Below are positions 47,961-57,585 of a stretch of 64,000 nt of DNA, in pieces. Origin of the DNA: Candidatus Micrarchaeia archaeon (GTDB lineage: Archaea > Micrarchaeota > Micrarchaeia > Anstonellales > J096); the NCBI GenBank assembly GCA_041500405.1, contig JBGQMB010000001.1, forward strand, positions 9,490-73,489, read 5' to 3'. The translations under genes and the position numbers were made by a program. Positions within the stretch are counted from its first letter, which is position 1. Each line of letters starts with the position of its first letter. The notes under the pieces are model-generated. The model made no database searches and was not told the DNA's origin. It worked only from the letters and a program-made list of their open reading frames with translations.

Positions 47961-49787
47961 ATGGCCCAGCAGGGCGATCTAAATTGGGGCTCGGCGCTTG
48001 CAATCGTTGCATTAGTGTCCATCATCGCAATCGTGGCTTACGTATTTTTCGCGCATGGCCCAAGGGAGATTGTGATGGGCGGAAGGACGCCGCTCCTGAA
48101 TTCCGCGATAAGCTTTTACATCCTCAATGGCGACGGGAGCAAGGGCGCGCTTGCAGGCAGCACAACAACGGATGAGGACGGCATTTATGTCACTGCAATC
48201 AACGCGTCGCCCAATGATTTCCTTCTCATTGAGGCAACAAACGGCTCGTATGCCAAGGACACAGCCAACACAAGGCCGCTCAAGCCATCGCAAAGCCTGG
48301 CAACAGCAGTGTCCGCGTCAAACTCCAGCACTTGGGCAGCAATAACGCCTCTCACGCACATGGCAGCAGCAAGGGCAAGGGCGCTCGCGGCAGGAGGGAC
48401 GCCATTGTCGACAGCCGTTGTGTCATCAAACATTGGCGTTGCGCGGCAGTATGGCCTTGCTGACATAATATCAAACCAGCCTGTTCCTGTTGACGACGAG
48501 GAATGGGCCGCGCGCGCGAACATTGACGAACGGCAATATTCTCTTGTCATTGCGGGCATCTCAGAAGAGGCGGAAGACCTCAATATGGACGCCGTGGGTT
48601 TTGCGGACGCGCTTGCAAAGGACGCGAGCGACGGCCTGCTTGACGGCAAAGAGAACGGAGAGCCGATAACAATGGAGTCATTGTCAGGCGGGACAATGAG
48701 GCTTGACGCGAATGCCGGGACAGAAGGCGTGCAGGACGGCATTGCCAGCGCGCAGGTCGCACCAAACCTTGCGCCCAACCAGGCAAATGCCCAAGTGCCG
48801 CTCCAGCCAGTCCAGCTCGGCATAAACGGGGCAGGGAAATTTTACATAACATCAACAATGCTTCCTGCTGCCATAGCGCAAACACAATATAATTTTCAGT
48901 TAACTGCACAAGGGGGAACTACCCCTTACACGTGTTCATTGGCAGGAAGGAATGCGGACAACACGGTTTCGGCTTTGCCGAATTGGCTCTTGCTTGGAAA
49001 CGATTGCACGCTTTACGGCGGCGTTCCTTTGCTTGCAGGCGGAACAACGATGTCAATTTCACAGCCGTTCACAATAGCAATGTGCGATTCCGCAAACTCG
49101 TGCGAAAACCTGGAGCTGCGCATAACGACAATAGGGCAGAAGCCGGAGATAACGACATATATCGCCAAGTGCTTTATTAATGAATTCTGCAACCAGAACA
49201 TCGCAACAGCGCAAGGAGGGATAACGCCGTATTATTTCAGGTCCGACTATCTCAGGAACGGCGCGTCGCCGCTCGGCACAATCGTGGACCTGAACGGCAA
49301 CATCCGCGGGACGCCAACGGAGATGGGGACGTTTGACGTCGGCGTTTGCGCAATAGACAGCATAGGCGCATACTCCTGCGATACAGCCGAAGTCAGGGTT
49401 ATTTCGCGGAACGTTACGCTTTATCTTACGAAAACTGGCACCGGCACAGGCAAGGTCTACTCGAACCCCTTCAATGACGACAACATCTTTTCGTACGGCG
49501 TGACGCTCACGCTCACGGCAACCCCGAACAGCGATTCCGAGTTCACGGGATGGGGCGGCGCGTGCAGCGGAACAGGGACATGCAGGCTACTGATGGACGG
49601 GGACAAGGAAATCACTGCGGAGTTCACCCAGACAGAGGAGGAGCCTACGCCGAACCCCAATCCGCCGGACACATGCGGAAGCGGATATCACATCAGCAAC
49701 TGCGGAAACGGCCAGACGCGCTGCTGCCGCAGCGGCTGGGAGTGCTGCAACAGCGGCAACTGCGCGCCGGCTGTCTGGTGCGGCTGA
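47961..49787 (+). CDS. Membrane-anchored surface protein with putative Ig domains, a B-repeat-like domain and a Cys-rich tail
   Basis: N-terminal TM; AQGGTTPY and AQGGITPY Ig-like units; TKTGTGTGKV...TLTATP...FTGWGGACSG; CC-rich C-terminus. Confidence 0.8.
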   Translation: MAQQGDLNWGSALAIVALVSIIAIVAYVFFAHGPREIVMGGRTPLLNSAISFYILNGDGSKGALAGSTTTDEDGIYVTAINASPNDFLLIEATNGSYAKDTANTRPLKPSQSLATAVSASNSSTWAAITPLTHMAAARARALAAGGTPLSTAVVSSNIGVARQYGLADIISNQPVPVDDEEWAARANIDERQYSLVIAGISEEAEDLNMDAVGFADALAKDASDGLLDGKENGEPITMESLSGGTMRLDANAGTEGVQDGIASAQVAPNLAPNQANAQVPLQPVQLGINGAGKFYITSTMLPAAIAQTQYNFQLTAQGGTTPYTCSLAGRNADNTVSALPNWLLLGNDCTLYGGVPLLAGGTTMSISQPFTIAMCDSANSCENLELRITTIGQKPEITTYIAKCFINEFCNQNIATAQGGITPYYFRSDYLRNGASPLGTIVDLNGNIRGTPTEMGTFDVGVCAIDSIGAYSCDTAEVRVISRNVTLYLTKTGTGTGKVYSNPFNDDNIFSYGVTLTLTATPNSDSEFTGWGGACSGTGTCRLLMDGDKEITAEFTQTEEEPTPNPNPPDTCGSGYHISNCGNGQTRCCRSGWECCNSGNCAPAVWCG

Positions 49788-49864
49788 GGCGTTTTCTTAG
49801 GCGGGCGCCTTGCATTTTGCCTCATATTTATAAATTAAGCGAGCCAAATGCCATTGTGGTCAAA

Positions 49865-50713
49865 ATGGAAAAAATACACATCGCTTTTGCAATGTTAGCG
49901 TTGCTTCTGTTCTCTTTCGGGTGCACAAGCCTGATGAGCGACACTCAAAGCTTGGTTGGCGGCGACAGCGGGCGCACGTCATCCACTATAGGCGTTTCGG
50001 AAGACTTGAGCTACAAGTCGGCGCCAAGCGCATCAGACGGCGCTGTCCAGGACGCAATGGTCATAAAGACCGGCTCTGCGCAGATAGAGGTGCCTGAGAA
50101 CACGCTTTCGGCAAGGTACGAAAGCCTAAAGGCTATGGCTGTCCAATATGGCGGCTCAATCTCGTACTCAAGCTACTATGAGAGCGAATCCGGCAAGACG
50201 CAGTATGTCACCGTGAAAGTGAACTCGGAAAAATTTGACGAGTTTACGGGAAGGCTCTCCGAGATAGGGACAGTCAAGAGCTTCTCCAGCAACACGGACG
50301 ACGTCACGCAGGAGTACATCGACACGACCGCGAAGCTCAGCAACCTGATAGCCTCAAGGGACAGGCTGCTTGCGCTGTACAACACGACGGGAAACCTGAG
50401 CGACATACTGATGCTCGAGCAGGCGATTGAGAACGTGCAGTACCAGATAGACTCCGCGACGCAGCAGAAGCTGTACTACGAGAGGCAGTCCGCGAAGGCG
50501 AGCGTGAGCATAACTCTTTCCGAGCCGCTTCCGGTCGTCGACACCACGATTCTGGACCCGCTTTCGCAGCTTGCGAACCTGTTCATCGGCAGCCTCATTG
50601 TCGGCGTGACGCTTATCGTCATTGGCGCCGGCTTCGTGATACCGATAGCCATAGCGCTGTTCGTGCTCTGGAAGATATGCGCGTGGCTCTGGACCAAGCT
50701 CAAGAAGAAATGA
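49865..50713 (+). CDS. DUF4349-family lipoprotein
   Basis: FSFGC lipobox; VIKTGS, DVTQEYID, coiled coil, C-terminal TM. Confidence 0.82.
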   Translation: MEKIHIAFAMLALLLFSFGCTSLMSDTQSLVGGDSGRTSSTIGVSEDLSYKSAPSASDGAVQDAMVIKTGSAQIEVPENTLSARYESLKAMAVQYGGSISYSSYYESESGKTQYVTVKVNSEKFDEFTGRLSEIGTVKSFSSNTDDVTQEYIDTTAKLSNLIASRDRLLALYNTTGNLSDILMLEQAIENVQYQIDSATQQKLYYERQSAKASVSITLSEPLPVVDTTILDPLSQLANLFIGSLIVGVTLIVIGAGFVIPIAIALFVLWKICAWLWTKLKKK

Positions 50714-50781
50714 TTTTGTTTTTTAATTTCTTTTTTCGTTTTTCCGAATGATTTTTATATTTATCCATCAAAAATAACAGT

Positions 50782-51564
50782 ATGGCCGAAAAGAGCGTCC
50801 AGGCCCAAACGGGAAAGCCGGAAGGGAAGCGGATTCACGCCGGCATAATTGAGCAGTCCGCAGTCTCAATGAAGGACATCGTCGAAGCCATAAGGACCGC
50901 CATTTCCTTTTCCGACGACCGCGGCATTCCGCTGCCAAACGAGCTGACGCTTCCGCAAAAGCAAAAGGACGCGATAATGGGCTTTGTGGAATCGCTTGCA
51001 AAGGACCCTGCAAGGGACAGCGACCTTGTCTCGTTCGCAGTCGCAATAAGCCGCATATGCAATTCTTGCTCGTACAATGAAGAAAGGCTGGCCACGCTCA
51101 ATACGTTGGCGATGCTGGTCTCCGGGGAGAGGTTCAAGGAGCTCTCAAAGGAAACGGTCGGCATAGTCCACAAGGTGGCGCTCAACCCGCTGAACAGCGG
51201 CATAAAGGACTCAATCTTGGTGTCGCTTGCCAGCTTGATTGACAGCCCGGACTTCAGTGGCGGGCTTCTGCCGGCCCTGCACATCATTTCAGAGCAAACA
51301 GACGGCGCGCACATGGTAATGTCGCTGGAGCACATGCTGAGCATATGCCAAAGCAAGCGCTGCACGCCTGCCGTCGAGGCCCTGGTGCTTGAAGTGGCCA
51401 AGAAGACATGGAGCAAGGAGACGGAGCTCTCCCTGTGCTCGCTTTCCCTGCTTGTGGAAAGCAGCAAGGCGTCGGACGCCCTGTTCGCCGGCCTGCGCAA
51501 CGAGATAAGGGACATGCCGGCCTACAGCATAGCGCTCCGCATCAACAACACAAGAGGCGGATAA
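50782..51564 (+). CDS. Hypothetical alpha-helical repeat protein
   Basis: 36-aa period between LIDSPDF, ICQSKRC and LVESSKA. Confidence 0.72.
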   Translation: MAEKSVQAQTGKPEGKRIHAGIIEQSAVSMKDIVEAIRTAISFSDDRGIPLPNELTLPQKQKDAIMGFVESLAKDPARDSDLVSFAVAISRICNSCSYNEERLATLNTLAMLVSGERFKELSKETVGIVHKVALNPLNSGIKDSILVSLASLIDSPDFSGGLLPALHIISEQTDGAHMVMSLEHMLSICQSKRCTPAVEALVLEVAKKTWSKETELSLCSLSLLVESSKASDALFAGLRNEIRDMPAYSIALRINNTRGG

Positions 51565-51565
51565 G

Positions 51566-52249
51566 ATGGATTCAGTGAAAAGACCGTTAAATAAGCAAGG
51601 CGAACCCGCGAACAACAAGAAGCCGCAGCTTGAGAAGTTCAAGGACAGGTTCCCGAAAGCGAACCTCATATGCAGGCGCCTCGGCGCCAAGATGGACAAC
51701 TTCGACCGCATGACGAGGCTTCCGCAGGAGGACAGGCAGAACATACTGGATTATGCGGCAATGCTTGCAAGCCGCAACAAAAAGGGAAATCTCGGCCTGC
51801 TTGCGAGCACGGTAGACGCAATCTGCAACTACGGCGAGCCGCACGACAGGAGCTACTTTAACCTCGTTTATCTGAACAGGCTACTTGGAAGCCAGCGGTT
51901 CATTGATGCGCCGCGCTTTGTCATGGTTCCTGTTGCAATGATAGCGTGCCAGCCAAGGAACAGGGATCTGCTCTATTTTCACTTGGACTCCATAAGGACG
52001 ATAGCGGACGACAACTTCCTTTCGGCGGCAACCGCGTTGGAGCTGTGCACGATGGCCATGGGAAACACAGGAAACGACCTTTCGATGAAATTCCACGAGC
52101 TCATAATAAGGCTCAGGGCGGAAAGGAAAAAAGAAAACATGAAATCCGGCCGCGAGCTTGGAAAAACGCTAAAGGAAATTGACCACTTTGAAAAGTCCAG
52201 CAGGAATCCGAACCCGCCAATAATGGTCAAGGAAAAGAAGCAGGCGTGA
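51566..52249 (+). CDS. Hypothetical alpha-helical protein (similar to the upstream gene)
   Basis: AICN...LNRLLGSQRF...IACQPRN parallels RICN...LAMLVSGERF...VALNPLN of the upstream gene. Confidence 0.7.
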   Translation: MDSVKRPLNKQGEPANNKKPQLEKFKDRFPKANLICRRLGAKMDNFDRMTRLPQEDRQNILDYAAMLASRNKKGNLGLLASTVDAICNYGEPHDRSYFNLVYLNRLLGSQRFIDAPRFVMVPVAMIACQPRNRDLLYFHLDSIRTIADDNFLSAATALELCTMAMGNTGNDLSMKFHELIIRLRAERKKENMKSGRELGKTLKEIDHFEKSSRNPNPPIMVKEKKQA

Positions 52250-52322
52250 GACGGGCGGTGCGGTTCCTTTTTAAATTTTTCACTGGAATAAGGCAAAAGC
52301 ATAACCGTAAAGGTGTTTATCG

Positions 52323-52610
52323 ATGAAATTTCCAGGGGAACTAATGAGGTATTGCCCGCACTGCAACGCAAGGACTTTGCACAAGGCGAAGAACGTGTCA
52401 AAGGGCAAGGCAAGCCCGTTCTCGTTCGGAACCATGAAGCACGCAAAGAAGCTCATGGGCCACGGCGGAAAAAGGGCGGGCCAGAAGGAAGTGAAGAAGC
52501 AGGGCAAGAAGCAGAAGGTAATTTTAACGTGCACGGCCTGCAGCAAGAAGCAGGAGTGGGTCTGCCACAAAAGGACCAAGAAAAAGGTGGAAATCGTGAA
52601 GAAACAGTAA
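52323..52610 (+). CDS. rpl44e: Ribosomal protein L44e (eL42)
   Basis: MKFP...YCPHC...GHGG...CTAC; conserved synteny. Confidence 0.92.
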   Translation: MKFPGELMRYCPHCNARTLHKAKNVSKGKASPFSFGTMKHAKKLMGHGGKRAGQKEVKKQGKKQKVILTCTACSKKQEWVCHKRTKKKVEIVKKQ

Positions 52611-52620
52611 AGTGATGCTT

Positions 52621-52794
52621 ATGGCAACAAGTTTCATGAAGATAAAGTGCTCGAAGTGCGGCGAGGAAAGGAAGGTTTTCTCGCATTCAAACAAGGACAT
52701 CTTCTGCGGCAAGTGCAAGGCGCACCTAATGCAGCCGAGAGGCGGAAAGGCGCTGCTGATTGACGCGGAGATATTAGAGGAGTACAATGAGTGA
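52621..52794 (+). CDS. rps27e: Ribosomal protein S27e
   Basis: KIKCSKC...VFSH...CGKC...PRGGK. Confidence 0.93.
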   Translation: MATSFMKIKCSKCGEERKVFSHSNKDIFCGKCKAHLMQPRGGKALLIDAEILEEYNE

Positions 52795-53557
52795 CATAAA
52801 GGATCTCAAGCTTCCGCAGAAGGACGAGCTTGTAGTCGGCGAAGTGAAGAAGGTCCTGAATTACGGCGCATTCTGCTCATTATTGGAGTATCCGGGCGTT
52901 GACGGGTTTTTGCACGTCAGCGAGGTCGCAAGCAAGTGGATAAGGAACATAGGCGAGTATGTCAGGGAGAACCAGAGGGTCGTAATCAAGGTAATAAACG
53001 TCGACCCAGGCAAGAACGTGGTTGACGTCTCATTAAGGCGCGTCAATGAGAACGAAAGGAAGCAGGTGCTGGAGTTTTTCGACAGCAACCAAAAGGCAGA
53101 AAGGATGATAGGGGTTGCTTCAAAAAAGACCAAGATTGAGGTTCCTGCAAACATCGTTTCTGAAATACTGAAAACCTACAGCTCGGTCTATGATTTCGCA
53201 TATGACGTTTATGAGAAGGGCGAGGCAGTGGCGGAAAAGGCCGGCATGCCGAAAAAGCTCGCAACGGCCTATTTCGAGCTGGTCCAGATCTCAATGAAGC
53301 CGTCCAAGGTCACCGTAAGGGCCGAGATAAAGGCAACATCCCTCAGGCCCAAAGGCGTTGAGGACATAAGGGCCGTGCTTTCCGGGATAGAGGGCGCCTC
53401 AATAAAATACCTGGGCGCGCCGAGGTACATGGCGGTAATAGAGGACGAGTCGTTCAAGCAGGCCAACAAGAGGATGACCGCGCTTTTGTCGTCGGTGGAA
53501 AAGAAGGCAAAGGCGTCCGGCGTGTCCATGGAATACGAGATAATGAAAAATGAGTGA
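52787..53557 (+). CDS. eif2a: Translation initiation factor aIF-2 alpha
   Basis: S1 domain YGAF...HVSEVASKWIRNI, DVSLRRV, YLGAPRY. Confidence 0.95.
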   Translation: MSDIKDLKLPQKDELVVGEVKKVLNYGAFCSLLEYPGVDGFLHVSEVASKWIRNIGEYVRENQRVVIKVINVDPGKNVVDVSLRRVNENERKQVLEFFDSNQKAERMIGVASKKTKIEVPANIVSEILKTYSSVYDFAYDVYEKGEAVAEKAGMPKKLATAYFELVQISMKPSKVTVRAEIKATSLRPKGVEDIRAVLSGIEGASIKYLGAPRYMAVIEDESFKQANKRMTALLSSVEKKAKASGVSMEYEIMKNE

Positions 53558-53711
53558 AATTCTTGGAAGATTGAGGAGGTGCACGGCATGCGGGGCATAC
53601 ACGATGCTCATCACCCACCACAAAATGCTCTCAACCAACGCCCACAGCCCGGTTTTTAAGCCTTTTGACAGATACGCAAAGTATAGGGAGATGGAGAAGG
53701 AGATTGAATGA
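53550..53711 (+). CDS. nop10: H/ACA RNP protein Nop10 (not in ORF track)
   Basis: MSEILGRLRRCTACGAYTM...AHSPVFKPFDRYAKYR; canonical position between eif2a and PAC2. Confidence 0.88.
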   Translation: MSEILGRLRRCTACGAYTMLITHHKMLSTNAHSPVFKPFDRYAKYREMEKEIE

Positions 53712-54463
53712 ACCACACGATGATAGTGGTCAGGAAGAAGCTGCCGGAGCAGCTCAACAAGCCAGTGCTTCTTGTCGGGTTGCCCGGAGTGGGATTCATA
53801 GGCCGCGTTGTTGCCAAGTACATGATAAGCAAGCTCAACGGCGAGCGTTTCGCCGATGTCTATTCGCCGTATTTCCCGCCGCATGCGATAATGGCGCGGA
53901 GCGGCGTGCTGAGGCTCATAAAGGACTCATTATACCTGGTCAAGACCAAGAATGCGGACGTAATCGTGCTTTACGGGGAGACGCAGGCGCTCAGCACGGA
54001 AGGGCATTATGAGTTTGCCTCAAGGATGCTGCATTTCTGCGAAGTCCATAAAATCAAGGAGATCATAACAGTAGGCGGATACGCGACAGGCAAGCTGATA
54101 AAGGAGCCGAGGATTTTCGGCGCAGCCAACTCAAAGGCGTACGTTGAAGCGCTCAAGAAAAAGGGGATATCGTTCGGGGACTCGTTCGGGGCGATAGCCG
54201 GCATATCCGGCCTGCTTCCGGCGATGGCAAAGTCGGTGAGGATACCGGCGGTGTGCCTGATGGGCGAGACGCACGGCGGGTTCGTCGACGCGGTCGCGTC
54301 AAGCAAGATTTTGGAGTTCATTTCATCCTATTTCGAGACAAAGATAGACATGGCGGAGATTGACAAGGCCGTGAAGATAAACGAGGACGTCATAAAGAAG
54401 GTTGAAACCGAGATAAAGAAGCAGATGTCCGAAAGCGCGACCAAGCCAAGCTACATCAGGTGA
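53708..54463 (+). CDS. PAC2-family proteasome assembly chaperone
   Basis: GLPGVGFIG, ITVGG, CLMGETHG, C-terminal YIR. Confidence 0.9.
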   Translation: MNHTMIVVRKKLPEQLNKPVLLVGLPGVGFIGRVVAKYMISKLNGERFADVYSPYFPPHAIMARSGVLRLIKDSLYLVKTKNADVIVLYGETQALSTEGHYEFASRMLHFCEVHKIKEIITVGGYATGKLIKEPRIFGAANSKAYVEALKKKGISFGDSFGAIAGISGLLPAMAKSVRIPAVCLMGETHGGFVDAVASSKILEFISSYFETKIDMAEIDKAVKINEDVIKKVETEIKKQMSESATKPSYIR

Positions 54464-54476
54464 TTTTACGGTATCA

Positions 54477-55166
54477 ATGGACAAGGCGATAATAGGCAGG
54501 ATAGTCAGGAACGGCGAGAAGTTCGAGCTTTTCCTTGACCCGGACAACGCCTATGCGTACATAGAGAAGAAAAAGCCGGATTTAAAGAACATCTTGGTCA
54601 GCGAGGATGTCTTCAAGGACGCGAAAAAAGGCGACAGGCAGGGGCCGATGGCGATAAAGAAGGCGTTTGGGACAGAGGACATTTACGTCATACTGAAGGA
54701 AGTTTTCGACAAGGGAGAGGTTCAGTTAACGACGGAACAGAAGCACAGGATGGCAGAGGAAAAGAAGCAGCTCATAGTCGCAATGATAACAAGGGAGGCC
54801 ATCGACGCAAGGACAGGGGCGCCGATACCGGACAAGAGGATTGAGCTGGCCATGGAGGAAGTGAGGTTCCACGTGGACCCGTTCGTGCCTGCGAAGGACC
54901 AGATGGACAGTTTGGTCAAGCAGCTCAGGCTCAAGATACCCATAAAGTTCGAAAAGGTGAAGCTGGACGTCAGGATACCGGCGGCGCATGCGTCGAAGGC
55001 GTATGGCGTTTTAAAACACTATGGTCTAAAAAGGGAGGAATGGACCCAGTCCGGCGACTTCGTAGGATTGCTGGAAATACCGGCGGGCATGCAGGCGGAA
55101 GTCATAGACAAGCTGAACAAGGCCACGTCCGGAGAGGTCCAAATCAAGGTTGAAAAATCACAGTGA
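54477..55166 (+). CDS. Ribosome assembly factor SBDS/Sdo1
   Basis: GEKFE, VFKDAKKG, FGTED, GEVQLTTEQ. Confidence 0.95.
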   Translation: MDKAIIGRIVRNGEKFELFLDPDNAYAYIEKKKPDLKNILVSEDVFKDAKKGDRQGPMAIKKAFGTEDIYVILKEVFDKGEVQLTTEQKHRMAEEKKQLIVAMITREAIDARTGAPIPDKRIELAMEEVRFHVDPFVPAKDQMDSLVKQLRLKIPIKFEKVKLDVRIPAAHASKAYGVLKHYGLKREEWTQSGDFVGLLEIPAGMQAEVIDKLNKATSGEVQIKVEKSQ

Positions 55167-55187
55167 TGCTTAAAGAGGTGCATTTGA

Positions 55188-55811
55188 ATGAAGGAGATAT
55201 ATCTGCCGGGCGACAAGCTGCCGGCTTCCGTGCGCGTTTCGAGGCTGAACCAGAACGCGGTCAGGAGGCAGGGCAACGTGCTGTACGCCACGGTCGTGGG
55301 TTCAGTCAGCGACGAGATGTTCATGCCGTTTGAGATGGTGTACATCCCGAAGGAGGGGGACTCCATAGTCGGCATAGTGACAGGCAAGAGGAACGTCGGC
55401 TATTTCGTGGACACCGGAACGGCTTATGAGGGCCTGATACTGTCAAGGGAGACAAGGATAGAGCTTAGCATAGGCGACATCGTGTGCGGAAAGGTCGACA
55501 GGGTGGAGGACGAGGACACCATCATAGTGTCGCACGCGAAACAGCTTGAGGTTGGCCGGGTCCTTGACCTGCCGCCGTCCAAGATACCGAGGATAATCGG
55601 CAAGGAGGCGAGCATGATAAACCTGATAAAGAGCCACACCGGAGTGGACATATTCGTAGGCGCAAACGGCTACGTCTGGATAAGCTCAAAGGGAAAGCTC
55701 AACAAGGCAATCCAGGCAATGACCACAATAGTCAACAAGGCCCATATGGAAGGGCTTACTGACGAGATAACAAAATTCCTCGAACAGGGTGAAACTCATG
55801 GGAACGCATAA
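55188..55811 (+). CDS. rrp4: Exosome RNA-binding protein Rrp4
   Basis: YIPKEGDSIVG (S1), KIPRIIGK and VGANGYVWI (KH). Confidence 0.9.
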   Translation: MKEIYLPGDKLPASVRVSRLNQNAVRRQGNVLYATVVGSVSDEMFMPFEMVYIPKEGDSIVGIVTGKRNVGYFVDTGTAYEGLILSRETRIELSIGDIVCGKVDRVEDEDTIIVSHAKQLEVGRVLDLPPSKIPRIIGKEASMINLIKSHTGVDIFVGANGYVWISSKGKLNKAIQAMTTIVNKAHMEGLTDEITKFLEQGETHGNA

Positions 55812-56544
55812 TCCAAACCTGAAGCTCATAGCAGCTGACGGAAAAAGGCTGGACGGAAGGACAGCCAACCAGCTTAGGAACATACGCATAGACGTCGGCG
55901 TCCTTGAGGGCGCGGTCGGCTCGGCATATGTGGAGTGGGGCGACAACAAGGTCATCGCCGGAGTATATGGCCCAAGGGAAGTTTTTCCAAAGTTCTTCGC
56001 AAAGGCGGACAGGGCCATTGTAAGGACAATCTACTCAATGTCAACGTTTGCGTCCTTGGAGGAGCACGGCAGGGCCGGCCCAAACAGGAGGAGCAACGAG
56101 ATTTCCATGGTTCTTGCCGAGGCGTTCGAGAACGTGGTCATGATAGAGAAGTTCCCGACAAAGATGATTGACACGCACATAACGGTCCTCCAGGCCGCGG
56201 CAGGGACAAGGATAGCCGCGTTCCTGGCAGGCGTTGCGGCGCTCATAGACGGCGGATTCCCGATGAATGACATCGCGGCCGGCGTTTCAGTCGGAAAGGC
56301 GGACGGGGCGCTTGTGGTTGACCTCAACAAGGAGGAGGACAACTTCGGGCAGGCGGACATGCCTATTGTGTTCTCAGGCTCTGACGACATTTTGCTGCTC
56401 CAGATGGACGGCAAGATGACAAGGGAGGAAATAAAGGAGGGCCTGGACCTGACAAACGAGGCGTCCAAGGCCATAATGGGCATGATAAGGAAAGCGGTTG
56501 GAGCCAAGTATGAAGGCGCGATATCCAACAAGCTCAACCTTTGA
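55798..56544 (+). CDS. rrp41: Exosome exonuclease Rrp41
   Basis: RLDGR, GSAYVEWG, VYGPRE, GTR, DLNKEEDNFGQADMP. Confidence 0.95.
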   Translation: MGTHNPNLKLIAADGKRLDGRTANQLRNIRIDVGVLEGAVGSAYVEWGDNKVIAGVYGPREVFPKFFAKADRAIVRTIYSMSTFASLEEHGRAGPNRRSNEISMVLAEAFENVVMIEKFPTKMIDTHITVLQAAAGTRIAAFLAGVAALIDGGFPMNDIAAGVSVGKADGALVVDLNKEEDNFGQADMPIVFSGSDDILLLQMDGKMTREEIKEGLDLTNEASKAIMGMIRKAVGAKYEGAISNKLNL

Positions 56545-56554
56545 GGCGATATTC

Positions 56555-57349
56555 ATGGTAAAAGAAAGCGTTTTGAAAAGGATGAGAAGGGAATTCCAGA
56601 TAGATGTCCTTGAAAGCGGCGTTAGACCTGACGGAAGGGGCTTCCGCGACTACAGGGACATCAAGGTCACGACAAATGTCATAGGAAGCGCCGAAGGGTC
56701 GGCGCTTGCGCAGATCGGCAACACGAAAGTGCTGGCCGGCGTCAAGCTCGGGATGCTGACGCCGTTCCCGGACGAGCCGAACAAGGGCGTCATGATGGTT
56801 GGGGCGGAGCTTCTGCCGATGGCGTCGCCGACATTCGAGCCCGGGCCCCCTGACGAAAGGAGCATTGAGTTCAGCAGGGTGGTTGACAGGGGAATAAGGA
56901 GCGCGGAAATAGTTGACATGAGCAAGCTCTTTGTCGAGGAAGGCAAGGTCCTTGGCCTTTTTATCGACCTTTATGTGCTTGACTACGACGGCAACCTGTT
57001 TGACACCGGAACGCTGGCGGCGGTCGCGGCACTGAAGAACACGAAAATGCCGAAGATAGAGAACGGCGCGATAGTGAGGGGGGAATACACCGGCCCGCTT
57101 GAGGTGCTCGGCTACCCGACATCGTCAACGTTCGTCAAGATAGGCAACTACATACTGATTGACCCTGAGATGCACGAGGAAGGGGCGGCCGACTCAAGGC
57201 TTACGGTAACGGTTTGCGACGACAAGGTGGTCGCGATGCAGAAAGGCGGCAACGGCGGCCTCAAAAAGGAGGAAGTGGTTAACTTAATAAACATTTCTTT
57301 CGAAAAGAGGGACACGCTGATGAAATACATCACAGGGCGAGGGTTATGA
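56555..57349 (+). CDS. rrp42: Exosome protein Rrp42
   Basis: RPDGR, AEGSA, FEPGPPDE, RVVDRGIR, DYDGNLFD. Confidence 0.95.
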   Translation: MVKESVLKRMRREFQIDVLESGVRPDGRGFRDYRDIKVTTNVIGSAEGSALAQIGNTKVLAGVKLGMLTPFPDEPNKGVMMVGAELLPMASPTFEPGPPDERSIEFSRVVDRGIRSAEIVDMSKLFVEEGKVLGLFIDLYVLDYDGNLFDTGTLAAVAALKNTKMPKIENGAIVRGEYTGPLEVLGYPTSSTFVKIGNYILIDPEMHEEGAADSRLTVTVCDDKVVAMQKGGNGGLKKEEVVNLINISFEKRDTLMKYITGRGL

Positions 57350-57579
57350 TAAACACAGTGAAGTTCGGAAGGAAGATAAGGAATTTATACAACAAGGCAT
57401 TCGAGGGCAGGAAAGAGTTCGAGTGCCCGAAGTGCGGAAAAATAGGCAAGATGAAGAAGAAATCGTTCTCGGTCTGGGAATGCAAGTCCTGCGGCGCGGT
57501 TGTCGCAGGAGGGGCGTACCAGCTTACGACGGAGGCGGGGGAAACCATGAAAAGGATCCTGACCTCAACAAAAAGGTGA
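57346..57579 (+). CDS. rpl37ae: Ribosomal protein L37Ae (eL43)
   Basis: CPKC...WECKSCG...AGGAY. Confidence 0.92.
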   Translation: MINTVKFGRKIRNLYNKAFEGRKEFECPKCGKIGKMKKKSFSVWECKSCGAVVAGGAYQLTTEAGETMKRILTSTKR

Positions 57580-57585
57580 ATGAAG

